From a secondary endosymbiont of Trabutina mannipara (GTDB lineage Bacteria > Pseudomonadota > Gammaproteobacteria > Enterobacterales > Enterobacteriaceae): a stretch of DNA of 32,000 nucleotides. Numbering within the stretch: the stretch's first letter is position 1; every line of letters starts with the position of its first letter. The notes under the pieces were generated by a model. That model was given only the letters and a program-made list of their open reading frames with translations. It was not told the origin of the DNA and ran no database searches. The stretch spans positions 210,001 to 242,000 of the forward strand of contig NZ_LT594522.1 in assembly GCF_900090215.1 (NCBI RefSeq). Direction: 5' to 3'. This document shows positions 19,551 to 29,533 of the stretch, piece by piece. The translations under genes were made by a program, and so were the position numbers.

Positions 19551-22055
19551 ATGACAGATGTAAATATGAAATCGCTCGCTGCTGAAATACAGATTCCAGT
19601 GGATCACCTGATAAAGCAATTTGCTGATGCTGGTATTGATAAAACAGCAGCTGATTCTGTAACTGAGATGGAAAAAAAAATTTTTTTTGCGTATTTAAAC
19701 AATAGAAATATTCTGTCTAATAAATTAACTTTGCAACATAAAATACGTAGTACTTTAAATATTTCTTCTACAGGCGGTAAAAATAAATCGATACAAATTG
19801 AAGTACGCAGAAAGCGCAATTATCAACAAGTGCAAGAGCAAGCTGAAGAAAAAGCAAAGCGTGACGCTGAAGAAAAAGCAAAGCGTGACGCTGAAGAAAA
19901 AGCAAAGCGTGACGCTGAAGAAAAAGCAAAGTGTGACGCTGAAGAAAAAGCAAAGCGTAAAAAAGATAAAACTAAGCGTAAAGAACTAGCAGAATTTAAA
20001 CGCAAAGATAAAATGCATCATGAAGAAAAGCTTTATAAAAAAGCTGATAAAAAACGTATTTTTACTGAAAAAGTAGGTAATAATTTTTTTGATAATGCAT
20101 CTTTAGATGAAGATCTTATTAACTATATTGAAGGTGATCGTCGCCGTAATCCAGTTGTTAAATATAGCAATAAAAAAACAAGTAGCTTATCAGAAGAAGA
20201 TAATGCTGATATCGAAGAATCAAGAGCAGTAGGTCGTAAAAATAAAAGCAAAATAAGCACATTACTGCATAGTTTTAATAAGCCAACCAAAGTTTTGAAC
20301 CGCGATGTAATCATAGGTGAAACTATTACAGTAGCAGAATTAGCTAAAAAAATGGCTATAAAAGGATCGCAGGTCATTAAAAAAATGATGAAACTAGGTG
20401 CGGCTACTACTAGCAACCAAGTTCTTGATCAAGAAACTGCGCAACTAATAGCAGAAGAAATGGGTCATAATGTTATTCTACGTCTTGAAAACGAGTTAGA
20501 AAAATCATTAATGTATGAACGAAATACTGATACTCCAGAATTACGTGCGCCAGTAGTAACTATAATGGGACATGTAGATCACGGTAAAACATCTCTGCTC
20601 GACTATATTCGCATTGCAAAAGTGGCTGCAGAAGAGGTAGGTGGTATTACGCAGCATATTAGCGCCTATCATTTTAAAACAGATAAAGGCATGATAACTT
20701 TCATTGATACACCAGGTCATGCAGCATTTACAGCAATGAGAGCTCGTGGTGTGCAGATAACTGACATAGTAGTACTAGTAGTAGCTGCAGATGACGGAGT
20801 GATGCTGCAGACAATTGAAGCAATTAAGCATGCAAAAGCCGCTAAAGTACCGATAGTAGTTGCTGTTAACAAAATTGATAAACTGGAAGCAGATCCAGAT
20901 AGAGTAAAAAATGAACTGATACAATACGATCTTCTTCCAGAAGAATGGGGTGGTGAAAATCAATTTGTACATGTTTCTGCTAAAACTGGCTCTGGAATTG
21001 ATAAATTAATTGAAGCAATTTTGCTGCAAGCGGAAATTTTAGAACTAAAAGCAATCCACAAAGGAATGGCCTCTGGTGTCGTAATAGAATCTTTTTTAGA
21101 TAAAGGACTAGGTCCAGTTGCTATAGTGCTAGTACTTGAAGGTACTCTTAATCGGGGTGATGTTGTTATTTGTGGTATTGAATATGGTCGTGTGCGTGCT
21201 ATGCGCAATGAATTTGATTTCGATTTAGAATCTGCGGGACCATCTGTTCCAGTTAAAATACTAGGTCTATCAGGAATACCAGCTGCTGGTGATAAAGTAA
21301 CAGTAGTACGCGATGATAAAAAAGCACGAGAAGTAGCAATTTATCGCCAAGGTAAATTTAGGGAAATAAAATTAGCACTGCAACAAAAATCAAAACTGGA
21401 AAAAATGGAAAACATGTTCGCTATCACTAAAAGTGAGGTATCTGAACTAAACATCGTGCTTAAATCTGACGTACAAGGTTCAGCTGAAGCAATCAGCAAC
21501 GCATTGAAAAATTTATCAAACGATGAAGTAAAAGTAAAAATTATAGTTTCTGGTGTTGGTAGCATTAACGAAACTGACGTAACGTTAGCAGCAGCATCTA
21601 ATGCTATTATACTAGGTTTTAATGTTCGTGCAGATAATTATGTTAACAAGCTTCTTGAATCAGAAAAACTAGAAATACGCTATTACTCAGTAATTTATGA
21701 TCTACTTAATGAAGTAAAACAAGCGATGAATAGCATGCTATTACCAGCATACAAACAGGAAATAGTCGGGATAGCAAAAGTTAGTGATGTATTTAACTCA
21801 CCCAAATTAGGTGTTATTGCTGGTTGTATAGTAACTGAAGGAGTAGTTAAATGTCACAACCCAATACGTATTTTGCGTAAAAACATAGTAATTTATAAAG
21901 GTGAAATAGAGTCATTAAGACATTTTAAAGATGATGTTAACGAAGTTCGTAATGGTCTTACATGCGGTATCGGAATCAAAAACTATAATAATATAATTTT
22001 AGGAGATGTAATCGAAGTTTTTAAAAATGTTGAAATCAAAAATACTATTGCCTGA
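19551..22055 (+). CDS. infB: Translation initiation factor IF-2
   Basis: 834-aa ORF. The N-terminus [29 protein letters not shown] and the G domain ([29 protein letters not shown]) match. The C-terminus ...[17 protein letters not shown] compares with E. coli GDVIEVFEIIEIQRTIA. Confidence 0.98.
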   Translation: MTDVNMKSLAAEIQIPVDHLIKQFADAGIDKTAADSVTEMEKKIFFAYLNNRNILSNKLTLQHKIRSTLNISSTGGKNKSIQIEVRRKRNYQQVQEQAEEKAKRDAEEKAKRDAEEKAKRDAEEKAKCDAEEKAKRKKDKTKRKELAEFKRKDKMHHEEKLYKKADKKRIFTEKVGNNFFDNASLDEDLINYIEGDRRRNPVVKYSNKKTSSLSEEDNADIEESRAVGRKNKSKISTLLHSFNKPTKVLNRDVIIGETITVAELAKKMAIKGSQVIKKMMKLGAATTSNQVLDQETAQLIAEEMGHNVILRLENELEKSLMYERNTDTPELRAPVVTIMGHVDHGKTSLLDYIRIAKVAAEEVGGITQHISAYHFKTDKGMITFIDTPGHAAFTAMRARGVQITDIVVLVVAADDGVMLQTIEAIKHAKAAKVPIVVAVNKIDKLEADPDRVKNELIQYDLLPEEWGGENQFVHVSAKTGSGIDKLIEAILLQAEILELKAIHKGMASGVVIESFLDKGLGPVAIVLVLEGTLNRGDVVICGIEYGRVRAMRNEFDFDLESAGPSVPVKILGLSGIPAAGDKVTVVRDDKKAREVAIYRQGKFREIKLALQQKSKLEKMENMFAITKSEVSELNIVLKSDVQGSAEAISNALKNLSNDEVKVKIIVSGVGSINETDVTLAAASNAIILGFNVRADNYVNKLLESEKLEIRYYSVIYDLLNEVKQAMNSMLLPAYKQEIVGIAKVSDVFNSPKLGVIAGCIVTEGVVKCHNPIRILRKNIVIYKGEIESLRHFKDDVNEVRNGLTCGIGIKNYNNIILGDVIEVFKNVEIKNTIA
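19842..19958 (+). repeat. In-frame 24-bp tandem array (about 4.9 copies of GCTGAAGAAAAAGCAAAGCGTGAC = AEEKAKRD) inside infB
   Basis: Copies at 19842-19865, 19866-19889 and 19890-19913 are identical. The copy at 19914-19937 has one C-to-T change (Arg to Cys). The copy at 19938-19958 is partial, with 21 nt identical. Confidence 0.95.
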
Positions 22056-22090
22056 ATAATTTTTTTATTTTATTTGAGAATATTTGCAAA

Positions 22091-22456
22091 ATGGCAAAAG
22101 AATATAGTCGTATACAGCGAGTTTCACAAGAGATAAAAAAAAATACTGCTATTATCTTACAGCGCGAAATTCAAGATCCTCGTATCAAAATAACAACAGT
22201 ATCCTACGTTAAAGTTTCTAGAGATTTAGCATCTGCAAAAATTTTTGTCACTTTTTTAAATAACGAACATCCTGAACAAGTTAAACATAATATACGTATC
22301 CTACAAGGAGCTGCGTACAAAGTACGCAGCCTGCTTGGTAAAGCAATGTACTTACGTATAGTACCAGAATTACATTTCATATATGATAATTCACTTTTAG
22401 AAGGAATACGTATATCTAAACTAGTGAGACAGGTTGTTCAAAATAAAAATAACTAA
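22091..22456 (+). CDS. rbfA: Ribosome-binding factor A
   Basis: 121-aa [34 protein letters not shown]...[15 protein letters not shown]...[22 protein letters not shown] aligns with E. coli RbfA. Confidence 0.96.
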   Translation: MAKEYSRIQRVSQEIKKNTAIILQREIQDPRIKITTVSYVKVSRDLASAKIFVTFLNNEHPEQVKHNIRILQGAAYKVRSLLGKAMYLRIVPELHFIYDNSLLEGIRISKLVRQVVQNKNN

Positions 22457-22461
22457 ATTAT

Positions 22462-23400
22462 ATGAACCGTCTAAAGGGTAACTGTAGATATCGTAATATT
22501 AACGGTATCGTCCTGTTAGATAAACCTATAAATATATCATCTAACGATGTTTTACAAACTGTCAAGAGGATATATTATGCTAATAAGGCCGGGCATACCG
22601 GATCTCTAGATCCATTAGCAACTGGTATGTTGCCTATTTGTTTAGGCGAGGCAACTAAATTTTCTCAATATTTGCTAAATGCAGATAAACGTTATAAGGT
22701 AACAGCTAAGCTAGGTGAACGCACAAATACTTCTGATGCTAATGGACAAACTATTAGTATACGACCGGTATCGTTAAATAAGACAAAGTTAATAAAAGAG
22801 CTTAAATATTTCTGCGGTGAAAGCAATCAAGTTCCGTCGATGTTTTCAGCATTAAAATATCATGGACGTCCGCTGTATGAATATGCTCGTAAAGGAATAA
22901 ATGTAGTGCGCGAAGCACGAAAAATTAATGTTTATGATTTAAAATTACATAATTGGAACTTAAATAAGTTAGAACTAGAAATTCATTGCTCTAAAGGAAC
23001 CTATATCCGCACTATTATAGATGATTTGGGGGAACGTCTAGGCTGTGGTGCACATGTTATTGCATTACGTAGAACAGCAGTAGCTAACTATTCTAGCAGC
23101 GATATGATAACACTTACAGCTCTTCAAGCTATATATGCAGAAACATTAAATAATAAAGAAAAATTCTCGTATTTAGATGCTTTGCTGTTACCAATAGATA
23201 GTGCTCTAATAGCTATGCCAACAATAAATATACCATCTTATCTAGCATATCGCTTGTTACTGGGTCAAAATATAAAGGTAATAGCGCCGCATGTTGGTTT
23301 AGTACGTATTATTTATGATAATAGTAACTTTTTGGGTATTGGTGAAATAAATTCTCAGGCACTTCTAATTCCACGTTGCCTGGTTAAAAACCGTACCTAA
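22462..23400 (+). CDS. truB: tRNA pseudouridine(55) synthase TruB
   Basis: 312-aa ORF. INGIVLLDKPINISSNDVLQTVKRIYYANKAGHTGSLDPLATGMLPICLGEATKFSQYLL contains the catalytic Asp motif, and IHCSKGTYIRTIIDDLGERLGCGAHV also matches. Confidence 0.97.
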   Translation: MNRLKGNCRYRNINGIVLLDKPINISSNDVLQTVKRIYYANKAGHTGSLDPLATGMLPICLGEATKFSQYLLNADKRYKVTAKLGERTNTSDANGQTISIRPVSLNKTKLIKELKYFCGESNQVPSMFSALKYHGRPLYEYARKGINVVREARKINVYDLKLHNWNLNKLELEIHCSKGTYIRTIIDDLGERLGCGAHVIALRRTAVANYSSSDMITLTALQAIYAETLNNKEKFSYLDALLLPIDSALIAMPTINIPSYLAYRLLLGQNIKVIAPHVGLVRIIYDNSNFLGIGEINSQALLIPRCLVKNRT

Positions 23401-23436
23401 TACATGTATTATTATTGCGATTAATGCTTGCTAAGA

Positions 23437-23461
23437 ATAGATAATATGATTTATTATCTAT
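23437..23461. repeat. Perfect 9-bp inverted repeat (ATAGATAAT / ATTATCTAT, 7-nt loop) in the truB-rpsO spacer
   Basis: The arms are 23437-23445 and 23453-23461. The repeat lies 37 nt after the truB stop. No U-run follows it, so it may be an operator or an RNA hairpin rather than a canonical terminator. Confidence 0.5.
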
Positions 23462-23519
23462 AAGTAAATAGAGAGCTTAAGAGATATCGGCGCTCATCTA
23501 TTTAATTGGGAGTATTATA

Positions 23520-23789
23520 ATGTCTCTAAGTTTTGAAATTAAAAAAAAAATTATCTCTACTTTCGGCCGTAACGCTAAAGACAGCGGTTATACTGAAGTT
23601 CAGATAGCTATTTTAACTGCTCAGATTAGCCATCTGCATAATCATTTTATGGAAAATAAAAATGACCATCATAGCCGCAGGGGTCTCCTACGTATGGTTT
23701 CAAAGCGACGTAAATTGCTAGAATACTTAAAGAAAAAAGATATAGTACGTTATACCAACCTTATTGAACGTCTAGATCTTCGGCACTAA
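23520..23789 (+). CDS. rpsO: 30S ribosomal protein S15
   Basis: 89-aa [42 protein letters not shown]...[25 protein letters not shown] aligns with E. coli S15, which is the same length. GGGAG lies 8 nt upstream of the ATG. Confidence 0.97.
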   Translation: MSLSFEIKKKIISTFGRNAKDSGYTEVQIAILTAQISHLHNHFMENKNDHHSRRGLLRMVSKRRKLLEYLKKKDIVRYTNLIERLDLRH

Positions 23790-23798
23790 ACAGTAAGA

Positions 23799-23822
23799 AT
23801 CATTTTCTATCTGTAAAATGAT
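23799..23822 (+). terminator. Weak AT-rich hairpin just after rpsO (candidate rpsO terminator/attenuator)
   Basis: ATCATTTT (23799-23806) pairs with AAAATGAT (23815-23822) around an 8-nt loop, followed by ATATATTATTTAT. The stem has only one G:C pair. Confidence 0.3.
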
Positions 23823-23873
23823 ATATATTATTTATAGCCATTTTAATACGTCGTATCTAAATAATACGGTAGA

Positions 23874-23917
23874 ATAGCAGTTCTATAGCAGTTTTATCCT
23901 GTAATATCCTGTAATAT
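23874..23917. repeat. Two adjacent micro-duplications in the rpsO-pnp leader
   Basis: ATAGCAGTT occurs at 23874-23882 and 23885-23893 (11-bp period). ATCCTGTAAT occurs at 23896-23905 and 23906-23915 as a perfect tandem, followed by a partial AT. Confidence 0.85.
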
Positions 23918-23987
23918 TTAATTTTGATTGTATTATTGCAAATAGTATATAAATAATCAACACTAAATTTTAAATAAGGAAATTATT

Positions 23988-26072
23988 TTGCTAAATCCGA
24001 TTGTTTGCAAGTTTCAATACGGGTATCATACCGTAACAATAGAAACAGGGTTAATGGCCCGGCAGGCTACTGCTGCAGTCATGATAACTATGGAAGATAC
24101 AGCAGTTTTCGTAGCAGTTGTAGGTGCCAAACAAGAAAAAACAGGACACAATTTCTTTCCGTTAACTGTAAATTATCAAGAGCGAACCTATGCTGCTGGA
24201 CGTTTTCCTGGAGGATTTTTTCGCCGTGAAGGACGACCAAGTGAAAGCGAAACCTTAATTTCTCGCTTAATTGACCGTCCTATTCGTCCTCTATTTCCAG
24301 AAGGTTTTTTTAATGAAGTACAGATTATAGCTACCGTGGTATCTATTAATCCTCAGATTAGCCCAGATATTGTAGCCATGATTGGAGCTTCTGCAGCATT
24401 AAGTCTGTCAGGTATTCCATTTAACGGTCCTATTGGCGCCGCCAGAATTGGTTTTATAAATAACAAGTATGTATTAAACCCAACTAAAGTAGAACTAACT
24501 GAAAGCCGATTAGATCTAGTAGTTGCTGGTACTGCTAATACGGTACTTATGGTAGAATCAGAAGCACAGTTATTGAAAGAAGATCAAATGCTGGAAGCTA
24601 TAGTGTATGGACATGATCAACAGCAAGTAGTAATAGAAAATATTAATCAGTTAGTTGCTAAAGCTGGTAAGCCAAAATGGCAATGGAAGCACCAGGATGT
24701 TAATGTTAGCCTAAAAACAAAGGTTGTCGAGCTAGCTGAATCTCGTATCGGTGATGCTTACCGCATCACCGAAAAACAAAACCGCTATGCTGTTGTTGAC
24801 GCTATAAAAAAAGATACTATAGAAACTTTAAAGTACCAGGACAACACTTTAGAAGAAAGCGAAATTCATAGTATACTATGGATGTTAGAAAAAAACGTGG
24901 TACGTAGCAGAGTATTACGAGGAAAACCGCGTATCGATGGCCGTGAAAACGATATGATCCGCAATCTAGATGTTCGTATTGGTGTCCTACCACGTACTCA
25001 CGGTTCAGCATTGTTCACTCGTGGAGAAACCCAAGCACTGGTTACCGTTACGCTAGGAACTGAACGTGATGCACAGAATATTGATGACCTTACAGGTGAA
25101 AGAATAGATAGATTTTTACTACACTATAATTTTCCTTTGTATTGTGTGGGTGAAACAGGTATGGTGGGATCGCCCAAACGGCGTGAAATAGGCCACGGTA
25201 GTTTGGCAAAAAGGGGTATTATGGCAGTAATGCCTAATGCAAGCGAATTTCCTTATACTATTCGCGTGGTAGCAGAAATCACGGAATCAAATGGTTCTTC
25301 ATCAATGGCTTCTGTTTGCGGTGCTTCGCTAGCACTAATGGACGCTGGAGTACCTATCAAGACAGCTGTTGCTGGTATCGCTATAGGTTTGATTAAAGAA
25401 GAAGAAAAATTTGTAGTATTATCCGATATTATCGGTGATGAAGATCATTTAGGAGATATGGATCTTAAAGTTGCCGGTAGCATGGAAGGTATTACAGCAT
25501 TGCAAATGGATATAAAAATAGAAGGAATAACAAGCAAAATCATGAATATAGCGCTTGAGCAGGCTAAAATAGCAAGAAATCATATCCTTAGGATAATGGA
25601 ACGTTCTATTAGCTCGCCACGTTGTAATATTTCTGAATTCGCACCTCGTATTCATACGGTAAAAATTAATCCAGATAAAATAAAGGACTTAATTGGTAAA
25701 GGAGGCTCTGTTATTCGTGTGTTAACAGAGGAAACTGGTACCACTATAGAAATTGAAGATGATGGTACTGTAAAAGTGGTAGCTACAAGTATCGATAAAG
25801 CTAACCATGCTATTCGTCGTATTAAAGAAATTACTGCTGAAATAGAAGTAGGACGTATTTATAATGGTAAAGTTGCTCGCATAGTTGATTTTGGAGCTTT
25901 TGTTGTTATAAGTGGTGGCAAAGAAGGTTTAGTACATATATCTCAAATAGTAGATAAACGTGTAGAAAAAGTTACTGATTATTTGGAATTAGGACAAGAG
26001 GTTCCTGTTAAAGTTATTGAAGTAGACCGTCAGGGTCGCGTTCGTCTTAGTATCAAGGAAGCAATTACTTAA
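23988..26072 (+). CDS. pnp: Polyribonucleotide nucleotidyltransferase (PNPase), TTG start
   Basis: 694-aa ORF starting at TTG 23988, with AAGGA 7 nt upstream. E. coli pnp also uses UUG. (M)[31 protein letters not shown] compares with [32 protein letters not shown]. Two RNase PH domains, a KH domain (GKGGSVIR) and an S1 domain ([13 protein letters not shown]) are present. Confidence 0.98.
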   Translation: MLNPIVCKFQYGYHTVTIETGLMARQATAAVMITMEDTAVFVAVVGAKQEKTGHNFFPLTVNYQERTYAAGRFPGGFFRREGRPSESETLISRLIDRPIRPLFPEGFFNEVQIIATVVSINPQISPDIVAMIGASAALSLSGIPFNGPIGAARIGFINNKYVLNPTKVELTESRLDLVVAGTANTVLMVESEAQLLKEDQMLEAIVYGHDQQQVVIENINQLVAKAGKPKWQWKHQDVNVSLKTKVVELAESRIGDAYRITEKQNRYAVVDAIKKDTIETLKYQDNTLEESEIHSILWMLEKNVVRSRVLRGKPRIDGRENDMIRNLDVRIGVLPRTHGSALFTRGETQALVTVTLGTERDAQNIDDLTGERIDRFLLHYNFPLYCVGETGMVGSPKRREIGHGSLAKRGIMAVMPNASEFPYTIRVVAEITESNGSSSMASVCGASLALMDAGVPIKTAVAGIAIGLIKEEEKFVVLSDIIGDEDHLGDMDLKVAGSMEGITALQMDIKIEGITSKIMNIALEQAKIARNHILRIMERSISSPRCNISEFAPRIHTVKINPDKIKDLIGKGGSVIRVLTEETGTTIEIEDDGTVKVVATSIDKANHAIRRIKEITAEIEVGRIYNGKVARIVDFGAFVVISGGKEGLVHISQIVDKRVEKVTDYLELGQEVPVKVIEVDRQGRVRLSIKEAIT

Positions 26073-26150
26073 AAGAACTAAGAACTTAAGCAGCACGTAT
26101 TTAATTGTTAGTTTTAGGACTGGTATCCATTAAAATGAGACACTCGTACA

Positions 26151-27557
26151 ATGTCTAAAGTAGAAAAATATTTTTCCGATTTGGGGCTTAAAGCTCATAT
26201 ACTTAACGCACTTGCAGATCTAGGTTATGAAAAACCATCACCAATACAGTCTGCCTGTATTCCACATCTTTTAGCTGGACGTGATGTATTAGGTATGGCT
26301 CAAACAGGTAGCGGTAAAACTGCTGCTTTTTCTTTACCGCTGTTAAATAATATTAATCCAGAATTAGCGGTACCACAGATGTTAGTTCTAGCTCCTACTA
26401 GAGAACTAGCAGTACAGGTAGGTGATGCCTGTACAGATTTTGCTAAGCATATAAAAGGTGTTAATATAGTTTCCTTATACGGAGGACAACGTTATGACTT
26501 ACAATTACGCGCCCTGCGCTATGGGCCACAAGTTGTTGTAGGTACTCCAGGAAGACTTTTAGATCATTTAAAAAGAGGTACTCTAAACTTATCTAAGTTA
26601 AATGGATTAGTGTTAGATGAAGCGGATGAAATGTTGCGAATGGGGTTTATAGAAGATGTAGAAAATATTCTATCTAAGATACCAGCTAAACATCAAACTG
26701 CTCTATTCTCAGCTACTATGCCAGAAGTAATTCGTAGAATTACGCGACGGTTTATGAACAATCCATATGAAGTACGGATTCAATCCAGTATAAAAAACTG
26801 TCCAGATATCAGCCAATGCTATTGGATAGTTCAAGGAATACGCAAAAATGAAGCACTGGCTCGTTTCTTAGAAGCAGAAGATTTTGATGCAGCTATTATA
26901 TTTGTGCGTACTAAAAATGCAACGCTGGAAGTAGCAGAAGCTTTGGAAAAAAACGGTTATAATAGCGCTGCTCTCAATGGTGATATGAATCAAAATTTAC
27001 GAGAACAGACATTAGATCGTTTTAAAAATGGTCGCTTAGATATACTAATCGCTACTGATGTCGCTGCACGGGGACTAGATGTTGATCGCATTAGCTTGGT
27101 CGTCAACTATGATATTCCGCTCGATTATGAATCTTATGTTCATCGTATTGGACGTACCGGTCGTGCTGGTAGAGCTGGACGGGCACTATTATTTGTAGAA
27201 AACCGCGAACGACGTCTATTGCGTAATATTGAACGTATGACTAAGCTGACAATAAAGGAAGTAAAATTACCTACTGCAGAAATATTAAGCAGCCGTAGAT
27301 TAGCTAAGTTTGCAGATAAAGTACAAAACCAGCTAGAAAGTAACGATCTTAATATGTATCGCGCACTGTTAGCAAAATTGCAACCTGCGGCAGAAGAGCT
27401 AGATATGGAAACTTTGGCTGCAGCATTGTTGAAAATGGCCCAGGGAGAACGTCCACTTATCTTACCACAAGTTCCTAATAATAAAGTTCCTAATAATATT
27501 AAACGTCGTATTTTGCGACGTAATTTAATTGATCGCAGTAGGGGCAGCAGGCGTTAA
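26151..27557 (+). CDS. deaD: DEAD-box RNA helicase DeaD/CsdA, helicase core plus dimerisation region only (C-terminal RNA-binding domain missing)
   Basis: 468-aa ORF. The Q-motif region [26 protein letters not shown] is present, along with [15 protein letters not shown] and [13 protein letters not shown]. It is collinear with E. coli DeaD to ...[12 protein letters not shown], then ends after a short basic tail. The E. coli protein is about 160 residues longer. Confidence 0.93.
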   Translation: MSKVEKYFSDLGLKAHILNALADLGYEKPSPIQSACIPHLLAGRDVLGMAQTGSGKTAAFSLPLLNNINPELAVPQMLVLAPTRELAVQVGDACTDFAKHIKGVNIVSLYGGQRYDLQLRALRYGPQVVVGTPGRLLDHLKRGTLNLSKLNGLVLDEADEMLRMGFIEDVENILSKIPAKHQTALFSATMPEVIRRITRRFMNNPYEVRIQSSIKNCPDISQCYWIVQGIRKNEALARFLEAEDFDAAIIFVRTKNATLEVAEALEKNGYNSAALNGDMNQNLREQTLDRFKNGRLDILIATDVAARGLDVDRISLVVNYDIPLDYESYVHRIGRTGRAGRAGRALLFVENRERRLLRNIERMTKLTIKEVKLPTAEILSSRRLAKFADKVQNQLESNDLNMYRALLAKLQPAAEELDMETLAAALLKMAQGERPLILPQVPNNKVPNNIKRRILRRNLIDRSRGSRR

Positions 27558-27594
27558 ATTTCATTCATTTATTTCGTAAAATATGAAAACAAAA

Positions 27595-27620
27595 CAAGAC
27601 GCGACTTCAAGACGCGACTT
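27595..27620. repeat. Perfect 13-bp tandem duplication (CAAGACGCGACTT x2) 40 nt after the deaD stop
   Basis: The copies at 27595-27607 and 27608-27620 are identical and adjacent. The unit is unusually GC-rich for a spacer here. Confidence 0.9.
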
Positions 27621-27632
27621 GTTATTTATGGG

Positions 27633-27660
27633 ACTTCTGGACACTACGGCGTCCAGAAGT
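27633..27660. other. 10-bp perfect stem-loop downstream of deaD (function unknown)
   Basis: ACTTCTGGAC (27633-27642) pairs with GTCCAGAAGT (27651-27660) around an 8-nt loop. It is followed by GCTAAAAAAAG on the plus strand and CCCATAAATAAC on the minus strand, so neither strand has a U-tract. Confidence 0.5.
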
Positions 27661-27684
27661 GCTAAAAAAAGAAATAGCAATTAA

Positions 27685-27890
27685 ATTACCGAATTAGCTA
27701 GTATCATAATCGCTGCAGTAGATCATCCGATTGGATAATACCTGAACAAATGATGTGATGCTTCCATCCAGATAAAGTCTGCTGTCATTGTTGGGGGTAT
27801 AAAAGTTTTTGATGTAATTTCATTTAAAACGCAACGATTAGCTGATTTTTCGTGCAATGCTGTAGCAAAACGTGTATGGTGCTTGAAATC
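27685..27890 (+). pseudogene. deaD: Probable decayed remnant of the DeaD C-terminal (DbpA-type) RNA-binding domain, out of frame with deaD and carrying internal stops
   Basis: One frame (+1 relative to deaD) reads ITELASIIIAAVDHPIG*YLNK*CDASIQIKSAVIVGGIKVFDVISFKTQRL...AKRVWCLKS*. By eye this resembles E. coli DeaD [45 protein letters not shown], with V.H..G...N, a D, and I.G.IK.F aligned. Similarity is weak, so the call is tentative. Confidence 0.4.
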
Positions 27891-27908
27891 ATAATTTTAT
27901 GATTAATA

Positions 27909-27981
<73 letters not shown>

Positions 27982-27993
27982 ACAATGTATAAA

Positions 27994-28022
27994 TTATTAT
28001 CTTAATTTAACACCTATGTCAA
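27994..28022 (-). promoter_or_regulatory. Candidate sigma70 promoter for tRNA-Lys
   Basis: On the minus strand, TTGACA (28022-28017) is followed by a 17-nt spacer and TAATAA (27999-27994). The tRNA 5' end is 13 nt downstream of the -10 element. The promoter sits right after the mnmE stop. Confidence 0.4.
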
Positions 28023-28049
28023 AGAATTCATGTTCATGAATAACTGTAA

Positions 28050-29426
28050 TTACTTACCAATACAAAAGCTAGAGAAAATATTTTTCAGCAAATCATTAGA
28101 ACTAAATTCTCCTGTAATTTCACTAAGCATTTTTTGTGCTAACCGTAATTCTTCAGCTAGTAGTTCACAATAACAGGCGTTAACTAATTGCTCTTTCCCC
28201 TGAAATAAATGCTTAGCTGCATTTTTAAGTGCCTCTATATGACGGCGACGCGCTAAAAACTGTCCTTCAGTGCTACCAGTAAAACCATTAATTTGCTTAA
28301 GGTGTTCAAAAAGAAAGTTTAGGCCTATACCTGCTTTTGCAGAAAGAGTGATTATTGAGTAATCTTTTATTTTTCTTATGCCAATTTTTTCTCCTGTAAT
28401 ATCAGCTTTATTTCTTACTATAGTGACATCTATACCAGATGGTATACGTGCTATAAACTTCTGTATCATTTTAAGTGTTGTTTCGGTACTATCTATTTCT
28501 TCTTTACTATCACTATCAATTAATAATACATGATCTGCCTGTTTAATTTCACGCCAAGCACGCTCAATACCAATTTTTTCTACTTCATCTTCTGATTCGT
28601 GCAAACCTGCGGTATCGATTATATGCATAGGAATGCCGTTTATATGAATATATTCACGCAATATATCGCGTGTAGTACCAGCAACTGCAGTTACGATCGC
28701 TACCTCACGCCCCGCAATAGCATTCAGTAGGCTGGATTTACCGGCGTTAGGTTTACCAGCAATGACTACTTTAATACCTTCACGTAAAATACTTCCTTGA
28801 TGAGCTTCTGCTATTACCATATTAAGTCTGGTAATAATATCATTTATACTTGTTTCTATTTTACTTTTTGAAATAAAATCAATGTCTTCATCTGGAAAAT
28901 CGATAGCAGCTTCAACAGCTATGCGCAGATTAGTCAGCATTTCTACTAACTCATGAATACGGATAGAAAACTTGCCTTGCAATGAGTTGAATGCAGATCG
29001 AGCTGCCTGAACTGAACTAGCATCTATTAGATCAGCAATAGCCTCTGCCTGAGCAAGATCTAGCTTATTATTTATAAAGGCACGCTTAGAAAACTCTCCT
29101 GGATGGGCAATACGCACTCCTTGAAGCGATATAATTTGCTGCAATAGCAGATCTAAGATTATAGGACCACCGTGTCCTTGTAGTTCTAGAATATCTTCAC
29201 CAGTAAAAGAAAAAGGACCTGGAAAAAATAGGGCGATACCATGATCTATATGATTGCCGTTCATATCGCAAAATGGTAGGTATTCAGCCTGCCTGGGAAT
29301 TGGCAGCTTACCCAATAACATGCGTGCTACCGATGTAGCTAAAGGTCCAGAAACACGCAAAATACCTATTCCGCCACGTCCTTGCGGTGTAGCAATTGCA
29401 GTAATAGTATCAGTATCTATGCTCAT
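28050..29426 (-). CDS. mnmE: tRNA modification GTPase MnmE (TrmE)
   Basis: 458-aa [25 protein letters not shown], the G domain [18 protein letters not shown]...DTAGL...NKADI and the C-terminal FCIGK motif are present. It is collinear with E. coli MnmE and sits downstream of yidC as in E. coli. Confidence 0.97.
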   Translation of the reverse strand: MSIDTDTITAIATPQGRGGIGILRVSGPLATSVARMLLGKLPIPRQAEYLPFCDMNGNHIDHGIALFFPGPFSFTGEDILELQGHGGPIILDLLLQQIISLQGVRIAHPGEFSKRAFINNKLDLAQAEAIADLIDASSVQAARSAFNSLQGKFSIRIHELVEMLTNLRIAVEAAIDFPDEDIDFISKSKIETSINDIITRLNMVIAEAHQGSILREGIKVVIAGKPNAGKSSLLNAIAGREVAIVTAVAGTTRDILREYIHINGIPMHIIDTAGLHESEDEVEKIGIERAWREIKQADHVLLIDSDSKEEIDSTETTLKMIQKFIARIPSGIDVTIVRNKADITGEKIGIRKIKDYSIITLSAKAGIGLNFLFEHLKQINGFTGSTEGQFLARRRHIEALKNAAKHLFQGKEQLVNACYCELLAEELRLAQKMLSEITGEFSSNDLLKNIFSSFCIGK

Positions 29427-29428
29427 AG

Positions 29429-29533
29429 CTATAGACCTCTTTTAAAAAGTACGCTATAAATAAACTTTTGCTGAATAATAGTTACAAAATTATTTACGAT
29501 GTAATACAATACTAAACCTGATGGTAATAATAG
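29429..29533 (-). other. yidC: Out-of-frame 3' end of yidC encoding the conserved last transmembrane segment
   Basis: The shifted minus-strand frame gives [34 protein letters not shown], compared with E. coli [34 protein letters not shown]. The switch point is the T7 run (A7 on the plus strand, 29534-29540). The stop at 29429-29431 lies 2 nt before the mnmE ATG. Confidence 0.9.

Noticed and set aside
19768-20005. Three overlapping ORFs with repetitive translations (19768-19953 minus, 19798-19989 plus, 19823-20005 minus)
   Set aside because: They are artefacts of the 24-bp in-frame tandem array in infB. A repeat period divisible by 3 keeps all frames open. The infB frame has the homology.
27730-27897. 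About 57-codon open frame on the minus strand (...TMTADFIWMEASHHLFRYYPIG*) between deaD and tRNA-Lys
   Set aside because: It has no upstream start or ribosome-binding site and no recognisable similarity. It lies opposite the better-supported plus-strand deaD C-terminal remnant, whose residual coding composition probably keeps it open.
27887-27904. Palindrome AATCATAATTTTATGATT as a tRNA-Lys terminator
   Set aside because: The stem is A/T-dominated with a tiny loop and only a 3-U tail on the minus strand. It cannot be distinguished from background AT-rich symmetry.
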